Source: the human T2T-CHM13v2.0 reference genome, Homo sapiens. Taken from it: a stretch of 64,000 nucleotides of DNA. The notes under the pieces are model-generated. The model did no database searches, was not told the origin of the DNA, and was given only the letters and a program-made list of their open reading frames with translations. Location of the stretch: NCBI RefSeq assembly GCF_009914755.1, contig NC_060926.1, one strand, 5' to 3'. Below are positions 52,464 to 64,000 of the stretch, in pieces. The position numbers were made by a program, and so were the translations under genes. Position 1 is the first letter of the stretch. Every line of letters starts with the position of its first letter.

Positions 52464-53828
52464 ACTGCCTGAACCATGAAGATGGACATGAAGCTGGCAC
52501 CCCAAACAATGCACAGGTCACCAGAGACACACTACCCACCCGCTCCTAGGCCTTACCTCTGGCTGTACAAAAGAATTTCAGCAATTCTGTGGGTTTCTTG
52601 AAATAAATTATTCAGAATAACAGACAATCTACCATGCAGTTTCTAGGAGAAATACGTGCTTCTTAAATTGAAAATTCTGCCCCACTAACTTCCTGAAAGA
52701 TGAAGGTGGATAGTTACTGAAGAGTTCTGTGAATGAGGTAATCTGAAATACAGTAAGGCCCCTGGGGAAAAAGTCTTTCGAGTGTTCCAGTTGAATGTGT
52801 CTATTTAGAGGGATTTGTATTTAATGGATGACAAGTTAATGTGTCATCAGTGTCTGTGGCTGTGGTGAAGCTGCTAGGAAAATGACAAGTGTTACACGTG
52901 CAACTTTCTATTTTACTGATACACTAACTGGTCTGTTAAAAAAGATTTTTTTTTAATCTTGTAAAACTGAAAGAACTTTCCAGAGGTTTCTGCTTTTGTG
53001 GTATTCTCTCTTTTTTTTTTCTTTTCAGTGGGCTTTTGGCTTTGAGTTTTCCAGGAAGGAGACAGATTTCTTAAGCAGAAAAACCTGTACTCACGAAGCT
53101 GGATGAACAAACCAAAACACTAACAGCAATACTATTTCTTTAGAAGAATGGATCAATATATGTCCTCAGGATCTAAAACCATAAACTGATGAACTGACAT
53201 AATCCCCTCACTCACAATAGATCCTGCACTTTGTATCATAATACCATCTGCCTGGACAGAACCCTTTCCCCGGAAGCTCAGATGATTTGGCAATGGTTGT
53301 TAATACCTGTGATGTATTTGGAGATAAAACAGATTTATTTGTGCCCTCTCTTTATGTTTAAGGCTACTGAGACACAGAAAATCCACACCACAAGTCAGAA
53401 TTACTCAAGGAGTAACCACAGACATACTGACCCATTACCAACTACTTTATCCAACTTACATGAAATGAATCTTTAGAGTTCCGTGCATCATGCTACTCTT
53501 TCTTGTCTTTAGTTACATTACTATTTCTGGCCCATGGGCATATTTTTGTACTGTTTTGCCACCTGAGAAATCTGTTTGGTTATAAGCAAAAAGGCTATTT
53601 TTTAATACCCCTTGCTATGAGTTCTTATTGTCCTTAGCCACTCTTTAGGTTTTCAGCAAGTTTCTTTTCAGACTTCAAATTCTCTGTTTTTTCAACAGAG
53701 GATTTACTAGATTCTAACTTGCATTCAGTATTGTCTAAGATGTAATACTGTGCCTACTTTTGTTCTCACGTCTGAAGACAACAGGAAAAAAGGTCAGTAG
53801 AAATAGTGATTCTGTGTGCATGCATGTA

Positions 53829-53829
<1 letters not shown>

Positions 53830-53870
<41 letters not shown>
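53830..53870. repeat. (TG)n microsatellite
   Basis: Read directly. Confidence 0.95.
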
Positions 53871-53873
<3 letters not shown>

Positions 53874-54112
53874 TTCAGGTCTTCATAGAAAAGAACCTGC
53901 AATGTGTTTCTAAACTTCTTTAACAGTTTCAGCTTCCCCACCCTGCTCTCAGCATCTTCAAGCTTTAATGTGCTCTTTGCAAATCATCCCTTTTTGCACT
54001 TTTTGATTATCAAGAATCCCTACAGAATTGATATAGCACAGTGTGTAGGAAACTAGAATGAACTAGAAAAAATCCAAGCAATGGAACCACATCTAAGAAA
54101 ATAAATGCATGA

Positions 54113-54434
<322 letters not shown>

Positions 54435-54967
54435 TCACTGGGCGAATAGCAGCCTGAGATGCTCCCTGACACCCTGGGCTTTCCCATCCAAGATATTGCC
54501 TATGTCTCAACAGGCCTTAGGAAGCTTGGAAGTGGCTATTTATGTAGTCACTCACTAGCTGTGTGATCTTGAGCAAGCTACTGAATGTTTCTGAGTTTCC
54601 ATTCTCTCATCTGTCAAATGGAGAAAATTGTACCTCTCTTATAACACTGTCAGGAATGAAACTCTAAAATATAAACAGAATAGAATGGCATGGAATGCAC
54701 CACACAGCACAGTGCTTCCTACAGGCCTTTTAAAATGAGAGCTACAGTAATAATGATAAGAAGTATTATATTTATTACCTGTCCAGAAAAGAATGCTCAT
54801 TCTTCTGTTAAAAAAAAAAAGGTGTTTATAAACTTTTTTCATGTTCTCCTCTGTTTCTGTTATATTTCTCCTTTTTTAGCTCCTTCTAAACCTCCCAGCT
54901 ACCTATGTTTATGCAGTCCCTTCCCCCAGAAAATCACGCGGAAAAGTATCAGATAAAACAAACTCTC

Positions 54968-55261
54968 AGCTGGGCAAGGTGGCTCACAGCCTGTAATCCC
55001 AGCACTTCAGGAGGCCGAGGCAGGAAGATCACCTGAGGTCAGGAGTTGGAGACCAGCCTGGCCAACATGGTGAAACCCCATCTCTACTAAAAATACAAAA
55101 ATTAGCCAGACATGGTGGTGCACGCCTGTAATCCCAGCTACTCAGGAAGCTGAGGCAGGAGAATCGCTTGAACCCAGGAGGTTTCAGTGAGCCAAGATCG
55201 CATTGTCGCACTCCAGCCTGGGTGACAGAGTGAGACTCCATCTCAAAAAACAAAACAAAAC
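54968..55261 (+). mobile_element. Alu SINE (AluSx-like)
   Basis: gatcacctgaggtcaggagtt. TSD aaaacaaa(c/t)tctca. Confidence 0.95.
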
Positions 55262-55351
55262 AAAAACAAATTCTCACTCTTCTAAGAAATAGAACTATGC
55301 AAGAGGAGAAATCCTTAATATGAATGAGTGAACTGCTATTGAAATAAATGG

Positions 55352-55710
<359 letters not shown>

Positions 55711-55789
55711 TCACACCCTTTAGATTTCACAGATGGGTAACTAGCTACTCAGCTCAGGACGGTGTCTGAGAACCACTCACCATCTGACC

Positions 55790-56370
55790 CCTGCTAATCT
55801 CTCAACCCACCCTCCCCCATCCTCCTCCCCATCATCCTATCCTCTTCTTTTACTCAACTAGTCCTGGTACACACCATCCTCTCTCTCATTTTATGCCCTT
55901 GCATATGCTGTTTCCTTTGCCCAGAATGCCTGACCCTCATCCAGATAACTTCTAGCCATCCTTAAAGATTCAACTTGGTTCCCCTTTAGTGAACTTGCCA
56001 TAGCATCTTCCCCAGGACTCCCTCATTGTTTGACTCTGGCATGGGTGGAGGAGTGAGATTCACGTTACGGCTAGTGTGAATGGCACCCTCTGGAGTGGTA
56101 CTGTGGACAGTCTGCAGGACTTAACCTTGTTCTCCCACATTCTGCCCAGCATTCTTCCCCTGTGTATTCCAGTAGCCTCCTAATGTAAATTTTTATTCCA
56201 CCATTTTATCCATTTACTTGAAACCTTTCCTCCTAGTCTAGCAGTTTCTTAAGGGAGGAGTATGGATTCTGTTTCTGTTTGTCCAATACTTCACATACAA
56301 CCGGCACTCAATAAACATTTGATTAATTGGTTGATTGATGGATGCATGGATTAACAAATGAATGAATAAA
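55790..56370 (+). mobile_element. L2 3' region relic
   Basis: gcccttgcatatgctgtttcctttgcccagaatgcc, and the L2 3' end cactcaataaacatttg...aatgaatgaataaa. Confidence 0.7.
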
Positions 56371-56700
56371 TTCAAGAGTTGAATGAAGGCTTAACCATAG
56401 AGATAGAGGATAATAACTTGTGAAATGAACTCTGTAGACATGAGGAAGGAACAATAAAAAGGAGATCAAAATGTAAAGTGGAAAAATCCTCCATTAACAG
56501 CCTGATTACTGGCTCCCAAATATTACCTGACAGGAGCCTCTTCCAGGAGAGGCTTTTGGGGAGGCCCTTAACATCTTACTAATAGGTGGCTCACAATGGA
56601 GTAGGAAAGTATGCAAGAGGACAGAGCAATATAATGACAAAAGTAGACTAAGAATCAGATACATAGCCTAGGACAATGGCAGAGAAAGTTTGCTTTCTAG

Positions 56701-57067
<367 letters not shown>

Positions 57068-58669
57068 GAGAAGCTCTTTTTTTCTATTCCTAGTTTCTCT
57101 CACTTCCTTTTGCTTACTGTTTAAAGTTTCAAAACTTGCTGCACATCACATCCTTCTTTTTATCAGCTTTGGTGCACCTTAGAACAGAAATTTCTCCCGG
57201 GAGGACAGGATACAGGAGCCTATATTTAGAAAGTACTTATTATGGGTTGGATGAAGGCCTAACTATGCCTAGAGTCAAGCTGCTTGAAGCCATTCTAATA
57301 TTCATTTAGTTAGAACGGTAACCACACTGAGTTATTGCTGGTCTCATATGGATCATATATTCACAGTCAGCTCTTGGCTTAGACAAGAAGATATATATTG
57401 TCTCTGCTGTTCACATCGTGTATTTTTATTTCATTATGACTATTGTGCTTAGAAGCATGATTTTCAATCTATATTCCCAATTAAATTATTTCTACACAGT
57501 CTGTACATGTAAGCACATGGTTTTCTTTGAAGCAGACTTTGTTAAAATTGATACCTATTCTCTACTATCTCTGCCTTCCAGGACTACCACATTCTGCCCT
57601 AACGAGACAGGAAGAAACAATTTTTTACATGAATGGACTTCATAACCAGGCATATAGGAACTGGCGCGAAGTTTTAAAAGTTCTAGAAAGCAGTAGAAGT
57701 TCTAGAAAGAATGAGAGTTCCAGAGGAAAATTAAATTTGAACACCAGCTGAAGTCTCCATCACATCTTCATTGGATCTGTGGCCCCCAAACTCAATTGTC
57801 CCTCTCATTATACTCATATTGGGTTTATAGGCAAATGTAACTAGGTAAAAAAAAATTAAAAGGGCCAGTATAATTTCATCAAGGGAACACATGGGTGAAT
57901 GGTTGAAAACCATAAAAAGTGACACCGTTTAGATCAACTCCAAAATAAATGCTGCCAGCTGTCTGAAAGGTCACTTGGGTGATGGGTTCCATGCTTGAGA
58001 GGTCAGCATATCCTCTGCATGAAGTTTCATAGAAAATTAGAATTAGAGCTAAGAGTTGTGGAAGCCAAAGTAAGGAGAAAAGGAGGAACAGTTGGGAATT
58101 ACTTCTAAGTCTGAACCAAGAGAGACACAGCATTAGCAGAGATTTTCCAGTGTGATAAACACATATTCAAATAGAGAGTTAGAGAAAGCAAGGAAATGTT
58201 GAGAATCAATTCCTTCACCAGAATCAAGCAAACAAAAACTCAGACTCGGAAACTGGAAAAGAGATATGAGGCCATGGGTGAGATTTCCTATCTTGAAAGA
58301 AGACTTTAGTGCCAGAAAGTATGTCACTGTTAAAAAAAAAAAAAAAAAATACGTCATGTGAAGAGGGGGAATTCTTATTTAAAAATGACTAATGTTCCGC
58401 TTACTTCACCTTCATCTAGAATTTATAATCTATGTATTTCTTAATTGGGTATTAATATACATACACAGCTTCTATCAAGGAGAGAGGAAAAGGGGAGATG
58501 GTTATGACAGGAAGTTTTTGGTACTGATGGAAATGAATGATCATGTGTATTTTAATCCTTGAGGGCAATTCTTATACCCTTGTTATGTTTATTTCAGTAT
58601 GTAGAACGATGACATAAATCTAAGTGACAACTGTACTTTATTGATTTTGCAGAGTTAAGAGGAAGATTT

Positions 58670-58865
58670 ATGAGTCATGGAACCCTCCATCAGATTTGGA
58701 AGAAAGTAGAATGAGCGCAGAGGTGACAGACAGCCACTGAGGCCCATGGACAATCTCCACCTCACGCTTCTCTATCAAACTTGAAGATTTATTAGTAATA
58801 TGCTGCCTTTGGAAGATGAAAACAAACTAGTGCCAAGGAGGCGTATTCTTCAATATTTGGAATAG
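58670..58865 (+). promoter_or_regulatory. Cluster of six short uORFs in the 5' UTR
   Basis: ATG-to-stop at 58670-58714, 58677-58709, 58711-58740, 58746-58784, 58800-58865 and 58816-58830. Confidence 0.75.
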
Positions 58866-58881
58866 ACGTGTTCTCAAGACA

Positions 58882-59862
58882 ATGGCTTCAAAGGTCTCCT
58901 GTTTGTATGTTTTGACAGTTGTGTGCTGGGCCAGCGCTCTCTGGTACTTGAGTATAACTCGCCCTACTTCTTCTTACACTGGCTCCAAACCATTCAGCCA
59001 CCTAACAGTTGCCAGGAAAAACTTCACCTTTGGCAACATAAGAACTCGACCTATCAACCCACATTCTTTTGAATTTCTTATCAACGAGCCCAATAAATGT
59101 GAGAAAAACATTCCTTTTCTTGTTATCCTCATCAGCACCACTCACAAGGAATTTGATGCCCGTCAGGCAATCAGAGAGACGTGGGGGGATGAGAACAACT
59201 TTAAGGGGATCAAGATAGCCACCCTGTTCCTCCTGGGCAAGAATGCTGATCCTGTTCTCAATCAGATGGTGGAGCAAGAGAGCCAAATCTTCCATGATAT
59301 CATCGTGGAGGACTTTATTGACTCCTACCATAACCTTACCCTCAAAACATTAATGGGGATGAGATGGGTGGCCACTTTTTGTTCAAAAGCCAAGTATGTC
59401 ATGAAAACAGACAGCGACATTTTTGTAAACATGGACAATCTTATTTATAAATTACTGAAACCCTCCACCAAGCCACGAAGAAGGTATTTTACTGGCTATG
59501 TCATTAATGGAGGACCGATTCGGGATGTCCGCAGTAAGTGGTATATGCCCAGGGATTTGTACCCAGACAGTAACTACCCACCTTTCTGTTCGGGGACTGG
59601 CTACATCTTTTCAGCCGATGTAGCTGAACTCATTTACAAGACCTCACTCCACACAAGGCTGCTTCACCTTGAAGACGTATATGTGGGACTGTGTCTTCGA
59701 AAGCTGGGCATACATCCTTTCCAGAACAGTGGCTTCAATCACTGGAAAATGGCCTACAGTTTGTGTAGGTATCGCCGAGTTATCACTGTGCATCAGATCT
59801 CTCCAGAAGAAATGCACAGAATCTGGAATGACATGTCAAGCAAGAAACATCTCAGATGTTAG
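58882..59862 (+). CDS. B3GALT1: Beta-1,3-galactosyltransferase 1 (GT31 family, type II Golgi membrane protein), 326 aa
   Basis: Strong Kozak acaATGg and an N-terminal signal-anchor. GT31 motifs RQAIRETWG, DFIDSYHNLTLK, KTDSD (DxD), YPPFCSGTGY and EDVYVG. I recognise the sequence as B3GALT1. The CDS has no intron. Confidence 0.98.
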   Translation: MASKVSCLYVLTVVCWASALWYLSITRPTSSYTGSKPFSHLTVARKNFTFGNIRTRPINPHSFEFLINEPNKCEKNIPFLVILISTTHKEFDARQAIRETWGDENNFKGIKIATLFLLGKNADPVLNQMVEQESQIFHDIIVEDFIDSYHNLTLKTLMGMRWVATFCSKAKYVMKTDSDIFVNMDNLIYKLLKPSTKPRRRYFTGYVINGGPIRDVRSKWYMPRDLYPDSNYPPFCSGTGYIFSADVAELIYKTSLHTRLLHLEDVYVGLCLRKLGIHPFQNSGFNHWKMAYSLCRYRRVITVHQISPEEMHRIWNDMSSKKHLRC

Positions 59863-60742
59863 GATTTTTACCAATGTAAATATGTTTCTTTTCTTTTTTT
59901 AAGAAATGGGACCTAAGGTGTTGGTATTTTCCAGGTGTCGGGGGAAATGAACTGGTGAAGGGGTTTTGTAAAGTTTTTGCTTCCTGCTATAAGTTCTTTT
60001 CTTGGATTACCAATTTATGAATGTTAGACTCTGGTCATAGAAACAATAAATGAGTTAGAAGGGCCAGATTTCATTCTCAGTCCCAGAGCATTGCTATTTA
60101 TCTCAAAAAGTGACTTCCAAACAACTCTTAGGATTGACGTACCGTGCATCTGAGATAAAAATTTGGTTCTGGGAAACTGAAACTCACAGTAATGTGTCAT
60201 ATCATCCCTGCAAAAATTAATACACAAATAGAAACCATTTTCAAAAGCAATTCAGAAAGGATGCACAGTCAGGAAGACACACTGGATGTGATTATTAATA
60301 TCGTGTGTGTTGTTACATTATATTTTTACATATATTCCCATGTAATGTGTACAGTCTTTGCAGTTCCACCAAGAAATGAACTTGGTACCTGCAGAGTGGC
60401 TGCAGTTAAATAGATGGGAGTTTAAATTTGAGAATCAAACATTCTATGTGTTTGGAAGACAACTCTGCTTGCTCATCCAAGGATTAAATCTGGTCAGCAG
60501 GTGGAATGTGTATAAAATGCTACTTAACAAAGTAAACAAAAGATTTTTTTTTTCTTTTTTTTTCTTTCTTTTTTGTTTTGCTCTTTCAGAACAAACATTA
60601 AATGGTGCCTCCAAGGAAACTTTGCCAAATATAATCTCACCTGCTTCCTTCCAGACAGTGTCGCTAAGTGCATTTCACAGTTTTTGGATCTGGCAGGCAT
60701 ATGTCTCTATGTAGAAAATAAGTTGGTTGGAGGCCAGAGAAC

Positions 60743-60748
60743 AATAAA
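60743..60748 (+). terminator. Candidate proximal polyadenylation signal AATAAA (others at 60045, 61269, 63241, 63275)
   Basis: The hexamer is present. Whether it is used cannot be shown from sequence. Confidence 0.35.
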
Positions 60749-61578
60749 TCACATTGAGAAAATACAAATTTAAGTATGCATTATAATTAACATAAGCTTA
60801 GCAATAGTATAAGATGCCCCCACACACAGACATTTGCAAAGCACATGAGAAAATCTTTAAGGGTGTCAATATTATTGAAAGACTTGGCCCTACTTGCTAA
60901 CATCTGAAAACACCAGAGCATGTTCAGCAGCAATGCTGTTATGAGGTATTCTGGGGGCTCTGTGATTGAGGAAGGATGGGGAAGGCCAGGTTCGGGTCCC
61001 GTTGATGCCACCATACTTATTGGGCCATATGAGTAGGCATCGTAATCTTGTGCTTCAATGTGTTCATTTATAAAAATGGCTGTAAAAAACACCTACCTCA
61101 CAGGTGCTGTGAGAGCAAATTGCATTTGCTAAGTATTTTGAGATCCTTAGCTTAAAAGGTGCTACGTAATGCAATGTATCATGTATTATGCTAAATGCTA
61201 AAATAATTGCATAATTACAATGATGGTCATCAGTAGCAGTAATATCATCTTAATATAAAATCTGCTGAAATAAAGATCAGCTGTGAACTATCACTGCACC
61301 TAATTCTACCAAGGCTTGACTTTTCCTTGGCTGTAATTTAGGTGTTTGGGAAGGCTTCCATTTCTCTGAGATTTCTTCTGGTTTCAATGAATAAGTGACT
61401 AGGTCAGTGTGTTGCCTTGATATCCCAAGGTGCTGAAAGTAGAGGCAGCTGCCTTTCTTTGGGAAGGAACCTCTGGTTGGGGTATATTACAGTAAATGAA
61501 GCATATACTTTGCAAAATGCATCACGACAACTTAGATCTCAGGAACCACTGAATCTGAATTCTCTCTAAGAAATTTGA

Positions 61579-62043
<465 letters not shown>

Positions 62044-63866
62044 CTATTTACTTATTTTTTAACCTGACCCCTGGAGCCCCCCGTAGGAGTTGATAGCAAA
62101 CAGATAGACACAATGAATAAGTGGAAGTCATGGCTTGTTTCTGCAAAACACGATCTCTCATCCCCCACCCGAAAGGACCTGATATGAGACAAGACTTCCC
62201 ATCCCTTAACACATCTTCATCTTATGGTCAGCAGGACTGCTGGTTTTGATTAGACAATAGCAATTAGGTAACCTGGGGAGAGATGGATCAGCACAAGGTG
62301 AACCACCCTCCAACCTGCAGCCTCAACTGCTGTGAGTTCCAATCACTGGGAAAGTCTCACGACTTCTTACTTGGTTTACCTTCGAGTTGTGCAGCTGAAT
62401 CAAGCCTCTGTCTCATACTATTGCCTTGCATCTACCCCATGCTCAGTCAAACCACCTCTGGTGTCAAGAAATTACACATTATAAACATCATATATGTACA
62501 CCTATGAATCGTTTTATATGTGTGTGCATACATTATGATACAGCCCTGATCTTTAAAAGGAGCAAAAATCAGAGAATCGTATGTCTTAAAGAACTATTTC
62601 CTTACTTTTTTATGCTAGGTAATGCCCATGTGACAAACATGTAAATATTCATCAAAGACCACATGTATATATTTTAAAGGCATTTTTTCTTCTCCCCAAC
62701 TGTATGTATAGCTAGAATCTGCTTGCTGTGTAACCTTTTCTTCTGCATGGAGCTTTTGGTGAAGCAAGGCCATTTGTCCAGTGTTTCATAGCCTTAAGCA
62801 TGTTTGCCCTTCGTTTTTTGAATGTTCAAAAAATGTTTAAGTGATCAAGAAAAAGCTCTAACTTTCGACTTTTGTTAATTTTATGACATGACACTGGCCA
62901 AAATATTGTTTCAATTACTGTTGAGCCATTCTTATCATTTCCCTGACATAAAATATGCAATGTTTTAGACAGTATTCTACCAAGAGTCTCTCAGACAATT
63001 TTTACAAAAACTCTTTTTTTCCATTATGCACTGGATAATAACAGTATCAGTGTCTATGTTCTTAAAGTTCCTTTTTTTAATTTACTTTTTGGAAAAACGT
63101 TTCTCTTTGGTGGCTAGTTTCGGTGGCTTGGTGTCTTCTTATATTGGAACAAGTGTCCATTTCAATATGTAATATTGTATTTTTAAATAACCAGAATCAA
63201 CAAAGCGAAGATCACTTTTAATTTGGATTCAATTCAGAAGAATAAAACCCCTTTGCGTGACACGATATGGGGAAAATAAACTATTTACAGAGGAGCCAAG
63301 GAAGAAGTTTTTCGATCAAATCTCTTCTATCAAAAGACAATGGAATATTTACCTAAAGCATCTGGGATTCATTTTTTACCTTTCCTAATATGTGGGTTTA
63401 GTGGGAGAATTGATTATGTCATTTCTTCTGTAAAGGTGAAAATCGTTTTTATAAACAACAAAGTAACTTGTGAATGAAAGAAGTAATTTACTAGAACAAC
63501 GCTTGTTGATGATAATTGACATTTAGGTATAACGTCATATATGAATGATTGTATTTATGTATTTATTTGTCAAAATTGTACATACTGTTTCGCCAAAAGT
63601 AATTGTCTGTAAAAGTGCACTCTCCAGGTTTGTAGTACTATTTAGGGTTACATGGGTTGCCAATCAAGCTGCTAATCAGAATACTATTTTTTTGTATCAA
63701 TGTTATAAAACTAAAAATGACAGACACTGAAGATATCATTACACTTTCTTCACCTTCCTCTTGAAATGTAAACTGTTGACTGAAAGCGCAATGCTTATGT
63801 ACAGGCCCATCTGTCATGAGGAAGATTATGGTTCCATAAAGCTGATTTTTTTAAACCATTGGGACA

Positions 63867-63872
63867 AATAAA
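63867..63872 (+). terminator. Candidate distal polyadenylation signal
   Basis: AATAAA, then CA about 12 nt downstream, then tgtgtcacttctcttctttt (GU/U-rich). Confidence 0.65.
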
Positions 63873-64000
63873 CAGAAGGAGAACAAATGTGTCACTTCTC
63901 TTCTTTTAGAAGGAATCTCTTTGGTGAGACGTGGTTGTTAAAAGCTGATGCCCTGCCGTTTACCATTAACCTTTTCCACAATCTCAATGTAGGTAATAGT

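Noticed and set aside
59002-59331. 109-aa antisense ORF
   Set aside because: It is a shadow of the B3GALT1 CDS on the opposite strand and has no independent coding features.

Overview
This is eukaryotic DNA from a human or other ape, not a microbe. It is the 3' part of the B3GALT1 (beta-1,3-galactosyltransferase 1) locus on the + strand. The only protein-coding gene I can support is the uninterrupted 326-aa CDS at 58882-59862. It lies in a terminal exon starting at about 58653, with a 3' UTR possibly running to about 63890. A 122-nt non-coding exon (8516-8637) lies about 50 kb upstream. The rest is intron rich in primate repeats: the 5' end of a minus-strand L1PA, a full-length TSD-flanked L1PA3/PA2-type element, a full-length TSD-flanked L1PB1, 12 Alus, and MIR/L2/MLT/Tigger relics. 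No CpG-island promoter, RNA gene or CRISPR array is visible. I found no clear new biological system. The best leads are a dense uORF array in the leader, a perfect 16-bp duplication that doubles a splice donor, a 207-bp local templated copy inside an L2 relic, a short L1 3' transduction, an extended open L1 ORF0, and a possible L1 antisense-promoter route into B3GALT1. Repeat subfamily calls come from remembered consensus sequences and are approximate.
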